Source of the DNA: an uncultured Nitrososphaerales archaeon
Lineage (GTDB): Archaea > Thermoproteota > Nitrososphaeria > Nitrososphaerales > Nitrososphaeraceae
NCBI GenBank assembly: GCA_963709405.1
Contig: CAVPXM010000030.1
Span: 96,001 to 160,000, forward strand
DNA: 64,000 nt
Direction of reading: 5' to 3'
The position numbers and the translations under genes are program-made. The notes under the pieces were generated by a model. That model was not told where the DNA came from. It saw nothing but the letters and a program-made list of their open reading frames with translations, and made no database searches. Below are positions 32,486 through 44,446 of this stretch, one piece after another. Within the stretch, counting starts at the first letter, position 1. Every line of letters begins with the position of its first letter.

Positions 32486-32842
32486 TTGCTTATGATTACA
32501 AATAGTAAATCAAGCGAAACAACGTGGATACTTCGAAAGGCTTTCAAAAACAAGAGAGCACCAATTTGGAAGCATCTCGAAAATGAGCTTGCGAATTCGA
32601 GATCACACACAAGTGAAGTTAATATTAGCAAGCTGTCAAATGTTACTAACGAAGATGAAACTATTGTTGTTCCAGGTAAGATTCTCGGCTCTGGAAGAAT
32701 TGGTCATAAACTTACTGTATGTGCCTTTTCGATGTCACAGAACGCTGCAAAAAAAATAAATGATTCAGGAGGAAAAATCATAACCATTGAAGAGCTCACT
32801 GAATCCTGTCCCGAAGGTAAGGGGGTCCGCATAATTGGTTGA
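32486..32842 (+). CDS. rpl18e: 50S ribosomal protein L18e
   Basis: VNISKL, VVPGKILGSG. Confidence 0.95.
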   Translation: MLMITNSKSSETTWILRKAFKNKRAPIWKHLENELANSRSHTSEVNISKLSNVTNEDETIVVPGKILGSGRIGHKLTVCAFSMSQNAAKKINDSGGKIITIEELTESCPEGKGVRIIG

Positions 32843-33308
32843 AGAACAGCTCGAACTTAAAGAAAAGGGAGGTTTCATAACCATTGATGTTGCAAATTGC
32901 ATTGCTGGTAGAATTTGCTCTCGTATTTCAAAAATGTTGTTGCAGGGCAGGATGGTTTCTGTTGTAAATGCAGACAAAGCCATGCTATCTGGGAGCAAGT
33001 TTGCGACAATAACGGCATATAAGAAAAATCTTGAAGTAAGCTCTGCAACGAACCCGATCCATGGTCCATTTCACCCTAGAAGACCAGACACAATATTGAC
33101 TAGAATGGTTAGAGGAATGCTTCCCAAACGTAAACCAAGTGGCAAAGTTGCGTTAAAAAAATTACGAGTCTATAATGGCATTCCGGAGAAACTCAAAAAA
33201 ACTGATATTGAAACATTTGATGATTGTAAAATCACCAAGGCATCATCATATTATGTTACTATGGGCGAGATAGCTAAGGAAATCGGATGGAAAGGGTTTC
33301 TAAGCTAA
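32835..33308 (+). CDS. rpl13: 50S ribosomal protein L13
   Basis: GRICS, GPFHPRRPD, RGMLP. Confidence 0.95.
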   Translation: MVEEQLELKEKGGFITIDVANCIAGRICSRISKMLLQGRMVSVVNADKAMLSGSKFATITAYKKNLEVSSATNPIHGPFHPRRPDTILTRMVRGMLPKRKPSGKVALKKLRVYNGIPEKLKKTDIETFDDCKITKASSYYVTMGEIAKEIGWKGFLS

Positions 33309-33751
33309 TGCATAAAACAGATCTCTATCCCGGACAGAGAAAAACATGCCGGGCCACGGCTACAATCTCTAAGGGCAGCGGCCGAGTGAGAATTAATAAT
33401 ATCCCAGCGGAGTTAGTAGAACCAGAAGTTGCAAGGGAAGTAGTATTAACTCCTTTGAATCTAATAGGAGAATTAAGGAATAGATTTGATATTAATGTAA
33501 AGGTGCAAGGTGGAGGCTTCATGGGTCAGGCTTTTGCAAGTGCGGTCGCAATTTCTAGAGCAATTACTGGAGAAGGAAAGGGGGGTAAGGACCCAAGAGA
33601 TCACCCTTTGTCAAAGAGTGTCAGAGAGGAAATTCGCAAAAAAATTATTAATTTTGATAGACACTTTTTGGCTGGCGATCCAAGACAAACTGAATCGAAG
33701 AAATTTGGCGGTCCCGGAGCAAGGCGTAGAAAACAGAAATCCTATCGTTAG
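33308..33751 (+). CDS. rps9: 30S ribosomal protein S9
   Basis: GGGFMGQA, KKFGGPGAR..QKSYR. Confidence 0.97.
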   Translation: MHKTDLYPGQRKTCRATATISKGSGRVRINNIPAELVEPEVAREVVLTPLNLIGELRNRFDINVKVQGGGFMGQAFASAVAISRAITGEGKGGKDPRDHPLSKSVREEIRKKIINFDRHFLAGDPRQTESKKFGGPGARRRKQKSYR

Positions 33752-34311
33752 AAGGTTCCATTTATCCTTTCATTTTGTCTTATCGCCATCATTTATGAAG
33801 AATGTTAGTAGAAATAAGAGAAGTCTAAACGGTTCTTCTATGTCTGATTACCGATATATGACTTACCATTTTGACGACATATGATTGTGATCTCAAATAT
33901 TGGTCATAGATAAAATGTAGACTACATTTGAAATATTGAAAAAAAGGCTATATGTGTATCGTAAATTTCTTTGGTATGACATTACTCAGAACGAGTCAAT
34001 TTTTGCAATAGAACCTGGTTTCAGACTTGAGAACAAAATATATCAATCTCTAACCTGCAATCTAGGTGTACAAATTTTTGGCCGATGACACGACATGAAT
34101 CTCTGCCATTATTGTGAGCTGTCTACTCCTTTTTATTTTATTCCTTCTCAATCTTCAGCTGCCGGATCTAAGTGAGACCTTTGTTGGATGCGTATGAAAT
34201 CTAGACATTAATTAGCAACGAATAATCTTGGTAAATTGTAGGATGGTGATAATCTATAGTGCCATTTTTTTACATTTATAATGATATAAATGTCAAGATA
34301 TAAATAATAGG

Positions 34312-35617
34312 ATGACAATAAGTTACAACATGAAGCAAGATGTGCGAATGATCCTCATTCTTACTGCTATAATCCTGACTGGAACGATATCGGTCGTTGT
34401 GATATCACATTTTAATCAAGCACAGGCACAAACACAAGAAAATGGCGCAAATGGACAAATTGGGAAAAGCGTACAACAACAATCTCCGTCTACTCTTACA
34501 GATATTTTTAAAAGGGTTGAAAATTCTGTAGTACAGATAACAACTACCAGAAGCGATCCGAGTCAGCTTATAATAATAAATGGCGTCCCGTCGACGGGAA
34601 AAAATACTGCATTAGGTTCTGGGTTTGTACTTGATAAGCAAGGACATATCTTAACTAATAACCACGTGATAGATGGAGCGACCAAAGCGGATGTTACTTT
34701 TGTTGATGGAAACACTTACTCTGCTAAAGTGATTGGAAAAGATCCATTTGGTGACCTAGCAGTGTTGCAAATAACGGATAACTTCTCAGATGAAAAACTT
34801 TTGCCGCTGCCTGTAGTGAACTCCTCTAATGTTCAAGTAGGAGAACAACTCATAGCTATAGGAAACCCATTTGGTCTTAGCGCAAGTATGACGACAGGCA
34901 TAGTAAGTCAATTAGGTAGGCTATTACCTGATAGTCAAACTAGTTATGCTATACCGAATACAATTCAAACCGATGCTGCGATAAACCCCGGAAATTCAGG
35001 AGGCCCATTACTTAATATGAAGGGTGATGTAATCGGAATGAATACTGCAATATTCTCAGAGTACTGGTGCTTACTCAGGTGTTGGTTTTGCGATTCCCTC
35101 AGAGAGCATTATTCGTGAATTGCCGTCACTAATTAAGACTGGTACTTATGAACATCCATGGCTCGGACTAGCTGGTGGGAAGATACCAACAAGTTTAGCA
35201 AAGAGTATTGGACTATCACCAAATTTCAAAGGCGTGTTCGTGACTTCAGTCCAAGATGGTGGTCCCGTGGGAAAAGCTGGTTTGAAAGGTCTGATCCAAG
35301 ACGATAATGGAGATATCACAAATGTTGGGGATATTATTAGTGCAATTGATAATCATCCTGTGAGACAAATCGACGATATAATTAATTATATTGAACAACA
35401 CAAGAAGATAGGTGATAATGTAAAGTTAACGATAGAAAGAGACGGTAAGACGATGGATTTATCAGTACTTTTGCAAGCGCGACCTTCTGTTCAAGCATCT
35501 GCAATATCTCAAGATTCAACAGCTCGACCTCAATTGCCGTTTGGGTTAGGTCCTTTACCGCAACTACCAAAAATCCCTGGGCTTCCGGAGCTTAAATTTC
35601 CGCCACTACTTCCTTAA
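34312..35617 (+). CDS. HtrA/DegP trypsin-like serine protease with PDZ domain (frameshift near 35060)
   Basis: GSGF, TNNHV, DLAV, TDAAINPGNSGGP, PDZ GDII; N-terminal signal/TM. Confidence 0.9.
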
Positions 35618-36824
35618 TTTTTTAGAGGTAGGGTTTAGTAAAAATATTTACGCAACACAAAAAAATACTATAGTCGTTAAGTATCTAAATAGATGCTAAC
35701 CACATTAAAAGAATATGCATAAAAGGCACAATCCAGATAATCTCCACCGATATCTTTAGGCCCATCGATTCCGCAATGTATTTATTTTTCAACACAATCA
35801 ACCACCTTCGTTTATCATAACACCAAATTTGTGTCATTGTACGAGTGTCTCCTAATCTGCGAATTCATCCTGAGGTTTACTACAATATGATCAGCCCTAG
35901 GTTCATACTATCACTTCTAGAGGCGCTTGTCTGAAGCTAATGCATCTGGTCTTGACTTTTGAACTGCCGAATGCGATAGTAAATATGGAATCACATTAGT
36001 CTTGTCATAGATGACGGTAATAAATTAGGTTAGACCTAGCCCAAAGATAATAGTAAGATCAATGTTAGCTGATCTTCCCATATATTGGTGTTATTTATTG
36101 CTAATCGTGAATATATATGACAGATTCATTTAATCATTCTTTAGTCTTATAGCTATATCATAATTTGTGATAATATAATAAGAACTTAAAATATGATCTC
36201 TTCGAAACAAGTCATAGTTATAGTAATAAAAATCTCGAAAAGGATCGGTTAATGACCTTTGTGGCATAGCAGCACCATTTGTTGTTGGGTCCAGGTACTG
36301 TACCTCTATTGGTCTGAGATGTTTGGGAGCATGCATATTGTCTGCAGTGTATAAGAATGATAAGGAAAGCTATCTTGATGTTTGGTGTAATGTCGTAAAC
36401 TGGGACGACGTAGCTCAGCGATGCGCTGAGGCACGAATGTGGAATTAAAATTTTTTGCCTTTCGTTGTTCTGCGTCTACAAACGTTGGATCCCTAAAATG
36501 AGATCACCAAGTCATTCCTAATCATCAATCAAGATATTACTAAAGGACTATTCGTACAGAATTCATATCGGGGAAAAACGAGCCGGGCATGACAGGAATT
36601 GAGAACTAGTACCGAACCGTAGATCTAGATAGCCGCATAATGCGGGCACACATTCTTCAATTAAAAAAATAGACCGTTGTTAGTAAAATTAAAAAAGAAG
36701 CTATTTCACGATGTTATACATTGATTGCGCCTTGATAGTTTACAGAAGAGGAAGACTTGATAGTGGCCTTAGCTAGAAAGAGAAAAAAATCTACATTGAT
36801 ATATCAGTAGACGAGAGTTTAGGA

Positions 36825-37877
36825 TTGATGGCCTTGACAGATAGCAAATTTCCATTCATACAGTTACAAAATTTGGAGAGTGTTGATGATGACATAACGA
36901 GTGAAAAGTACGGTTACTATCCTGACAAAAGGCCAATATCTGACTTATTTCAGTATGGGGTAATCTTGTTAGATAAACCACCGGGTCCTACTAGCCATGA
37001 AGTTGTAGCTTGGACAAAGAGGCTTCTTGGTATTGAAAAAGCAGGACATAGCGGTACTTTAGATCCGGGTGCAACGGGCCTTTTGCCAGTAGGATTAGGA
37101 GAAGGGACCAAGGCTCTCGCTGCGTTGCTTCTCGGGCCGAAGGAGTACTATTCTTTAGCACGCTTACATGCCCACGTTTCTGATGATAAACTGAAAAGTG
37201 TTGTAAAAGAATTCGTTGGTGAGATTTATCAAAGACCACCTCAGAGATCATCAGTAAGACGTGCTACTCGTGTTAGAATGATATATGAATTAGAAGTCGT
37301 TGAACAGTTTGATCGTCTTTTATTAATGAGGATCGTTTGTCAAGCAGGTACATATATACGAAAGATTATTTATGACATCGGCGAAATTTTGAGCCCAGGA
37401 GCCACTATGATAGAGCTTCGCAGAACTAGGGTTAGCAATTTTTGTGAGAATAATGATAAATTTGTAAGGTTACATGATCTCGCTGACGCAATTCAAATTT
37501 ACAGGGAAAAACAAGATGAAGTAAAGCTTAGGAGAATGATTAGACCAGTTGAACAATGTTTGGAGTTAATACCTGCAGTTATTATTCGAGATACCGCCAT
37601 AGATGCCTTATGTCATGGTGCTCAACTTGCACTTCCAGGTATTTTGGCGGTTCCAAAGGTTCTTAAGATGCATGAACTCGTTGGTATCTATACTCTAAAG
37701 GGAGAAGTAGTGGGACTGGCCGAAGCTGCAATGTCAATTCAGGATATTAAAGATAGTGTAAAGGGAATAGCATTTCACGTGAGACGAATCATTATGAAAC
37801 CAGGTACTTATCCAAGAGCATGGCGTTCAAATGTTGATAACAAAGATACTTATGTACGTAATACTACTATAAGCTAA
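36825..37877 (+). CDS. cbf5: H/ACA pseudouridine synthase Cbf5
   Basis: DKPPGPTSHEV, GHSGTLDP, GTYIR, PUA domain. Confidence 0.96.
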   Translation: MMALTDSKFPFIQLQNLESVDDDITSEKYGYYPDKRPISDLFQYGVILLDKPPGPTSHEVVAWTKRLLGIEKAGHSGTLDPGATGLLPVGLGEGTKALAALLLGPKEYYSLARLHAHVSDDKLKSVVKEFVGEIYQRPPQRSSVRRATRVRMIYELEVVEQFDRLLLMRIVCQAGTYIRKIIYDIGEILSPGATMIELRRTRVSNFCENNDKFVRLHDLADAIQIYREKQDEVKLRRMIRPVEQCLELIPAVIIRDTAIDALCHGAQLALPGILAVPKVLKMHELVGIYTLKGEVVGLAEAAMSIQDIKDSVKGIAFHVRRIIMKPGTYPRAWRSNVDNKDTYVRNTTIS

Positions 37878-39007
37878 CTACTTGATTAATATCAATATTA
37901 TTGGGGAGAAATCTAATGCAGCGTAATACTTTTAATATTTAGTACTCTTACTATTTTATTGACAAAAACAGGATTTCTCGTATTGCTTTGTGACTCTGAC
38001 GTCATCAAAGAATAATGTTATTATAGTATTTTGAATAAAATTATTTTATATAATTACTAGAGGTGGATAACCGATAGTCAAAACTTTTCCTCCAATTTTT
38101 TAGTAAGAGTACTTGCAGATATATTCCTGTCTTGATTTTTACATTTCATTCTCATTTCCAGCAATATTTCGCTTTTCCACTTCTATCATAGACACTTGGT
38201 ATAATAGGATTATTTGAGCTGCGTCATACAACTCTATGATCGATACTCTAGAGGAGAATTATAAATGTCAATTTAGCTTATCGAGGTCTGTTATACACGT
38301 AATGTAAGTCGCGGCGATAATAAGTTGGTTAATTAGTCGCCATCAGAAAATCGAAAATAATGAACATAGGCTTGTTCCAAATTCGTTCCAATAAGTTTAA
38401 AATTCATTGATAATTTAAGCACTTTTCCTGTCTTCGCGATCCGCCTAAGTTGATTTACAGTGCTACCTATCAATTAACAATTTTATGACTGATCATTATA
38501 TATTCCTCCATATGACTTAGTTATGCCGAAACGATATGTTACCACTTGAACAGCCCTGCACCTAATTCAACAATAATTGTAGTGATGGGGTATAGGCTAT
38601 TGCATAAGCGATAGTACTACAATGAACAATTCAACTAAAATAATACACCTAATTTATGTATAGCATCTTCCTCCAAATATGATCGTTAATCGGTCTCTAC
38701 TAACACAATGGATCAGACGTTAATTACTATAAAACGATCGTAATCGTTAGCACTAATTTATGCAATCATAGAATTATATCGTGTCCATAATCATTTACAA
38801 CTTAGAGTTGCTTTTGGATTTTTGAGGGCGAGACGAACGCTAAAATAACAATTTGAGTGTATAATTTATCATACGTACATAGATGTTACCAAAATACTCC
38901 ACCAAGATTACATTGAATGCTTCATAATAAAAATTCGAATAAAACGAATATTAACTACTTACCTATCGTATATATTTGATAATTCTGGTTATACCACAAT
39001 ATCGAAT

Positions 39008-39187
39008 ATGCACCCAGAAGATCTTAAAATACTATGGATATGTGTAGAATGTATGCAAAGGTTCATTTTTCACTCTGATTTGGAGGATCACCAACTTCAG
39101 ACCGGTCATTTTGCTATAAAAAAATATGATTTAATTTCATGTGAGATGGTTATTGGATTGAGTAATCGAATTAATGAATGTACGTAG
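39008..39187 (+). CDS. small C2H2 zinc-finger protein (59 aa, below the ORF-track cutoff)
   Basis: MHPEDLKILWICVECMQRFIFHSDLEDHQLQTGH... Confidence 0.65.
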   Translation: MHPEDLKILWICVECMQRFIFHSDLEDHQLQTGHFAIKKYDLISCEMVIGLSNRINECT

Positions 39188-39282
39188 AGCCTTAGCATAT
39201 TAATAGTAAAAAGCCGTAGTTAAAAATCACGATATCTTGTTTAATGGTTAATATATCGAATTTGTTACCAGATGTTACGTCT

Positions 39283-39380
39283 GCCGGGGTCGCCTAGCCT
39301 GGGAGGGCGCAAGCCTGGAAAAGTATCTTGTTAGCTTGTGATCTGTGAAGGTCTCGGGGGTTCAAATCCCTCTCCCGGCG
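39283..39380 (+). tRNA. tRNA-Ser(GGA) with a 12-nt canonical intron
   Basis: GCCGGGG acceptor, CAAGC-CT-GGA-A[aagtatcttgtt]A-GCTTG, long variable arm, GGTTCAAATCC. Confidence 0.9.
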
Positions 39381-40089
39381 CCTAATCTTACATGAACAAT
39401 TATGCTATACTGTAAAAATAAATTTTTTCGATCAACGTCCTTAACAGGAATTACTTTTCAGTATCTACTAACTATGATAACTAAGTGCAATCAACTCTGC
39501 GGTATCGTACATGTACATTATTTTGACTTTAGTGGTGTAGCTCGAATTAGCAGTATTCGCCTAATATCCAAGTAACCACCTTAGTAACACACATGGGCAA
39601 ATGAAACTTTAAGAAAGGCCATTTTATTAAACAGAAAAAAATAAGCTTGAGCAAAAATAAGATAATTGAAGGTTTTGAAGCGAACTGCAAGCAAATTGTT
39701 CGGTGAGCTGCCGTACAAGATAGTAGTGGGGAAATAAGAATCCTAAGTAAATAATTATTAACAAATGGATTAGAAACATATCTACAATATCATTATGGTA
39801 ACACACAAAAATATAAATTATTTTTGTTGTGCAATATTTAATTTAGTCCTAATTTTGGTTATGGTGTGGTCATATTATCTATTCTTTCTGCAACGTATTG
39901 CAGATAAATACCTAATTATGGTAACAACTAGAGTCTCACATAACAATTACATATTCACTTGTGACAGAAAATGAATGATGGTCTTAGCGATGTTGATAGA
40001 GAGACTGAGAAACGATAAGTTGCTGATGTTATTGCTAAACAGGCTACTTCACTACGTACCATAATATCTTCTCAGATGTAACTATGTTT

Positions 40090-41913
40090 TTAGGGTAATC
40101 CAAATGCAAGTATGGAACCTTCTTGCCTAGAGCTATTTTTTGACTGTATTTGAATCTTGTCTGTTGGTACAAAAAGCATTCCATTTCCTATTGATGGTCC
40201 AACCTGACCTATTTCAGCGTTAATGTTATATTCCCATAACTTTTGACCATTTTCCTTGTCCAATGCTAAAATAATACCAGACTTTGTTGTTGATACATGG
40301 TGATTAGATCTTGTTTTTTCTGTAAAATGAATGTAACCCGTAAACACAATGCCATTTGTAACTAAGGGGGAAACTCTCGGCGGAAATTCCATCGGCACTT
40401 CCCATTTAAGTTTACCGCTTCTTAAGTCGAGAGCAGCTATTGTACCGTTGCGTAATCCTAGCTCTATGGTATGTGGAGCAGATAATCTGCGTCCTGCTAA
40501 TCCACTATCTGTGAAATAATTCAGCCCTCTGTTCGTAGCGGCTATATACATTGTATTTTCGCTGTCTACTGCATGATAGTTAAAAATTCCGTAAGACCAA
40601 ATGTCGCCGCTACCATCAGGTCTTGGAGTTGCATCTGTATTATATTGTCTTCCTAAAAGCTTCCACCATACCTCTCTTCCAGTTGCTGCATTCATTGCGA
40701 TGATGTTCCCCATCTTGTCATGACCTATAACAATTTTCGTTTGTGTACCATTATCGTAAGTTACCTTGCTGATACTACTTCCCCATGAGGTATCCCAGTC
40801 GTGCGTATCGGGAACTTTTACATTCAGAACAGTTCCAGCGGCTATGAAAGGTGTAGCCCAAATTATCTGCCCGTTAGTGATTTTTATGGCCATCATATGG
40901 TTTGAGTAAAGATCTCCGTCCTGTCTTGTTGTAGCATTAAAGTTTGGCGATGCACTACCTAGCGGCATATATATAATACCAGTTTCAGGATCCAGAGAAC
41001 CACCAGACCAATCGTTTGCTCCAGAGTTATAACTAGGCGCTGTAAGTGGATTAACCCATTCTCCTGTGGTAGTGTGTAGATTCCATATAATTTTACCATT
41101 AGTACCATTAAGTGCTGTAATGTTTCCTCTTACCGTTCCAACACCATTAGAGACGTCACCGCCACCGGCTGAACCTACTATTACATAATCTTTCCAAACG
41201 ATAGGGTAAGTAGGAATATTGTAGCCTGTTTTAGGATTACCTAGAGCTCGTGACTCCCAAATAATTTTACCATCCGTTGCATTAATTGCCACTACTGTGG
41301 CGCGATATGCAGTGGCTGCGTATATCATTCCATTGTTAAAGGTCAGACCCATTGTGGGACCACTTCCTATTTTAGACTTCCAATGGACTTTACCAGTTAC
41401 AGTATCAAATGCTATAACGGCGCCAGAATTATCTTGTACGAATCCTTTATTGTCTATGATTATAGGTGGGTCCTGTATTTCTACATCATTAAACAGTGTC
41501 CATTTAACCTTTAACTGCGACACATTTTCCTTGCTGATAATTGTCTGGTTACTGGATCTGGTGCTGTAGATATCATGATTGACGGTTATCCAGTTGTTGT
41601 TATTTTTTGTCTCAATACCGGTATCCGAATCAAATTTCCTGGAATGATAACCCATAGTATCGTCATTATCGTGTGTATGTAAAGTATGGCGATCAACGTA
41701 TACACTCGTCGGATTAGTCAGTTGTTTTAACGAGCTCTGGTTTGCCATAGTGTCTGTTGATTGTCGTTCTTGTTCGAACTCCATGGCAGAAGACAAGTTA
41801 AAAGTAACCAAATTAGATGGAAAGGCCAGTGCTATTATCAGAATAGAGAAGGCATTTATCAGCGTGAATTTGAAGACTAGCCTATGACAAAGCACGTTTA
41901 TAATGTATTTCAT
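40090..41913 (-). CDS. secreted PQQ-binding-like beta-propeller protein (quinoprotein dehydrogenase family)
   Basis: Repeated A.D..TG...W docking motifs, ISKENVSQLKVKW, HDWD; N-terminal signal/TM. Confidence 0.85.
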   Translation of the reverse strand: MKYIINVLCHRLVFKFTLINAFSILIIALAFPSNLVTFNLSSAMEFEQERQSTDTMANQSSLKQLTNPTSVYVDRHTLHTHDNDDTMGYHSRKFDSDTGIETKNNNNWITVNHDIYSTRSSNQTIISKENVSQLKVKWTLFNDVEIQDPPIIIDNKGFVQDNSGAVIAFDTVTGKVHWKSKIGSGPTMGLTFNNGMIYAATAYRATVVAINATDGKIIWESRALGNPKTGYNIPTYPIVWKDYVIVGSAGGGDVSNGVGTVRGNITALNGTNGKIIWNLHTTTGEWVNPLTAPSYNSGANDWSGGSLDPETGIIYMPLGSASPNFNATTRQDGDLYSNHMMAIKITNGQIIWATPFIAAGTVLNVKVPDTHDWDTSWGSSISKVTYDNGTQTKIVIGHDKMGNIIAMNAATGREVWWKLLGRQYNTDATPRPDGSGDIWSYGIFNYHAVDSENTMYIAATNRGLNYFTDSGLAGRRLSAPHTIELGLRNGTIAALDLRSGKLKWEVPMEFPPRVSPLVTNGIVFTGYIHFTEKTRSNHHVSTTKSGIILALDKENGQKLWEYNINAEIGQVGPSIGNGMLFVPTDKIQIQSKNSSRQEGSILAFGLP

Positions 41914-42260
41914 TCGAAATTAATAGTTATTTTATGGAGATAAAAATATGCCGTAAATTATCATAAAGTTTCTTCGACCATCTATTAAAGAATGTATGAC
42001 ATAAGACGATAGATATACGCTAATGCAAGAAGGTCTTGGAGTCAGATATAATTTTGATCTGTTGTCCCTTGCTTCGTAATTCCTAAAAGAAATCGATCCG
42101 TATTCCTACCTTTCACCTCTTCAATCATTTCTTCTTGAGGAATTAGTCGGTAAGTAGTCTTTCCAATGTTTTAGGGTTCTGTGCTTTTATCTATAGCAAT
42201 ATATATTACATCGATCGTAGTCGTGAAATCAAAAGTTAAGCAAAGGCATAAACACCGGGC

Positions 42261-42501
42261 TATGTATTCCATAAATGTGCCTAAAAAAGACAAAATCGAT
42301 CGCAATACGGATTCATTACATTTCGATGAAAAAACTTCGAAGGAGTTGACTGAGTTAGAAGAGATTAGTGCCAAATTAAATACTTTAATAGACGTGCTAA
42401 ATGAGAACGGAGTTATAAATAAAAAAGTGTACGAAAGGACTTTGGCAATGCGTTTACATGAAATTTCGAAAGCTACTGTGTTTGTAGAAATGAGCGACTA
42501 A
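42261..42501 (+). CDS. hypothetical protein
   Basis: Helical C-terminal part (LIDVLNENGVI); ATG near 42262 preferred, start uncertain. Confidence 0.5.
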
Positions 42502-42676
42502 ATCTACTTTAAATCGGCGTCTTATCATTTAAAAGATTGGAGTGTGCATTATGTCTTTAACGTATCATGACAATACTTCTTTCTGATAGATGCTTCGGAA
42601 AAGCTCTGCCGTTTCGTTATTGGCTTAGATTACTTTATACAAAAATCGCCTTTTACAATCAGTCCATCGATCGATT

Positions 42677-43789
42677 TTAACCTAAAACTATCCTTTTATA
42701 CTCCTTCTCAATGGAATTTAAAAGGTCCTTACCATTGATGCGTCCTGCCGATTTTAATATTGATGCTATTGCTATCCCTCCAGCTCCCACCCCATCCTTC
42801 ACATAACCTTTAGAGAAGGCCTGTAGTCCAGCTATCTTGGATTCTTCCATATGTAGATTTGAAGCGTAGACAGGAACTGCATTCTCAGACAATGATTCTG
42901 TTAGGCCAACTAAATCGGATGTTTGATCTCTTGCAACATAAACAGTAGTTCCAATGCATAGATTATCAAGCGGTTGACCAAGCGAATTTAGTATTGCTAT
43001 TACCGCAGTCATTTGGGTCCCACCTGCAAGCATTACTTTCCCCCCAGAATTAAGAATTCCAGCCGCAATTCCAGCAATGGAAGGAAGCATTGGGTCTCCC
43101 AATACAGATACAGCCTTAAAAGGGTCGTTTTTTAAATCCCCTCTTTTGATACCCGCCTTCTCCAATCCTTGAGATACCACACTATTCTTCAAAATGTGCG
43201 GATTATTGGGCATGCTGCTACTTACTTTGAATTCTGCGCTAGCGCCGAGTGCACTCAGAACACCTAGGGCTGTAGTAGTACCACCTGGAATACTTTCGCC
43301 CAAGACTATCAAATCTGACATCTTTGAAAGGTTAGCTCCAAGCAAATTTCCATATTCAAATGCCTTATTAATATTACTTGGGTCAACGGCAGAGCCGAAT
43401 GCAATATTCTTGCCATGTTGTTGGTCAAACGATAGACAAGGGACATGAGGCTTGATTATTGATCCTGCATCCACGACAAAAAAAGGAATGTCTGCAGTGT
43501 CTAGGATGCTTCTTGTGATTATGGCTGGCGTAGGTTTTCCATCCGGGGTAATCGGAACTCTATCTAAGCATTTACAATACCCATAATAGAGGAATTCAGA
43601 ATCAGCAGGGGGGGTATACTTCATTAGGTCTGGGCTAGCACCAGCTATTGTAATCCCAGGTATTGTACTGGTTTCAGTATAAGATATGACACAAACGAAT
43701 ACTGGATTTGTAGTACAAAATTTTTTGATAGGCGACGAAGGTCTTTGATTCAAACATATTATGTCGGAGTAGAACTGTTCTCCTTGCAA
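42677..43789 (-). CDS. cobT: archaeal-type nicotinate-nucleotide-dimethylbenzimidazole phosphoribosyltransferase
   Basis: IPGITIAG, PTPAIITR, GESIPGGTTTA, LAGGTQM, VKDGVGAGG. Confidence 0.9.
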   Translation of the reverse strand: MQGEQFYSDIICLNQRPSSPIKKFCTTNPVFVCVISYTETSTIPGITIAGASPDLMKYTPPADSEFLYYGYCKCLDRVPITPDGKPTPAIITRSILDTADIPFFVVDAGSIIKPHVPCLSFDQQHGKNIAFGSAVDPSNINKAFEYGNLLGANLSKMSDLIVLGESIPGGTTTALGVLSALGASAEFKVSSSMPNNPHILKNSVVSQGLEKAGIKRGDLKNDPFKAVSVLGDPMLPSIAGIAAGILNSGGKVMLAGGTQMTAVIAILNSLGQPLDNLCIGTTVYVARDQTSDLVGLTESLSENAVPVYASNLHMEESKIAGLQAFSKGYVKDGVGAGGIAIASILKSAGRINGKDLLNSIEKEYKRIVLG

Positions 43790-43792
43790 ACC

Positions 43793-44446
43793 TTAATCAT
43801 CGCCATACATGAACTTCACAAAATCCTCCTCAGTCCTTGGGCTGAAAATCGGGCTTGTTTTCTTTTCCTCTTTTATTGTAGAAGTAGGATATGATCCATA
43901 GTTATGTCCAGGATATACAATCAGTGATTCATCCAATTTTGAAATTACATTGAATATGCTATTGTACAATTTCTTTGCATCACCGCCTGGCAGATCCACC
44001 CTTCCACAGTTGCCTACAAAAATTGTGTCACCAGTGAATATGAATTTGTCTTCAATCACAATACAAATGCTATCGTTAGAATGCCCTGGAGTATACAATA
44101 TTTTTAGTGGAATATTTCCCATATAAACAATCTCTTCGTCTTTTACGGATTTATCGCTAGGTTGATTAGAGTTTTCATGTTGGATAATTTTTGCACCAGT
44201 GACTGCAGCTACCTGCTCGTTACCTAGTATATGATCAAAATGAGTATGTGTATTAATAATGTATTCCAAATTCCAATTGTTCCTTTTCAATATCTCAAAT
44301 AATTTTTCAAGATCCCAAGATGGATCAATGATGCATGCTTTAGCTGTGTCTCGATCAGCTAATATATAAGTAAAATTTGCCATCGTACCTACAGGTATTT
44401 GTATCACTTCTATCTTTGAATCGTCCTTGCCTTTAGTTTTATACAA
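43793..44446 (-). CDS. MBL-fold metallo-hydrolase (glyoxalase II-like)
   Basis: THTHFDH, TPGHS, FTGD, PGH. Confidence 0.9.
   Translation of the reverse strand: MYKTKGKDDSKIEVIQIPVGTMANFTYILADRDTAKACIIDPSWDLEKLFEILKRNNWNLEYIINTHTHFDHILGNEQVAAVTGAKIIQHENSNQPSDKSVKDEEIVYMGNIPLKILYTPGHSNDSICIVIEDKFIFTGDTIFVGNCGRVDLPGGDAKKLYNSIFNVISKLDESLIVYPGHNYGSYPTSTIKEEKKTSPIFSPRTEEDFVKFMYGDD

Noticed and set aside
26492-33884. Many overlapping or antisense ORFs in the exosome, amt and ribosomal clusters
   Set aside because: Shadows of well-supported conserved genes
36403-36430. tRNA fragment or att site (gacgtagctcagc resembles a tRNA 5' end)
   Set aside because: Only ~12 nt match and no cloverleaf
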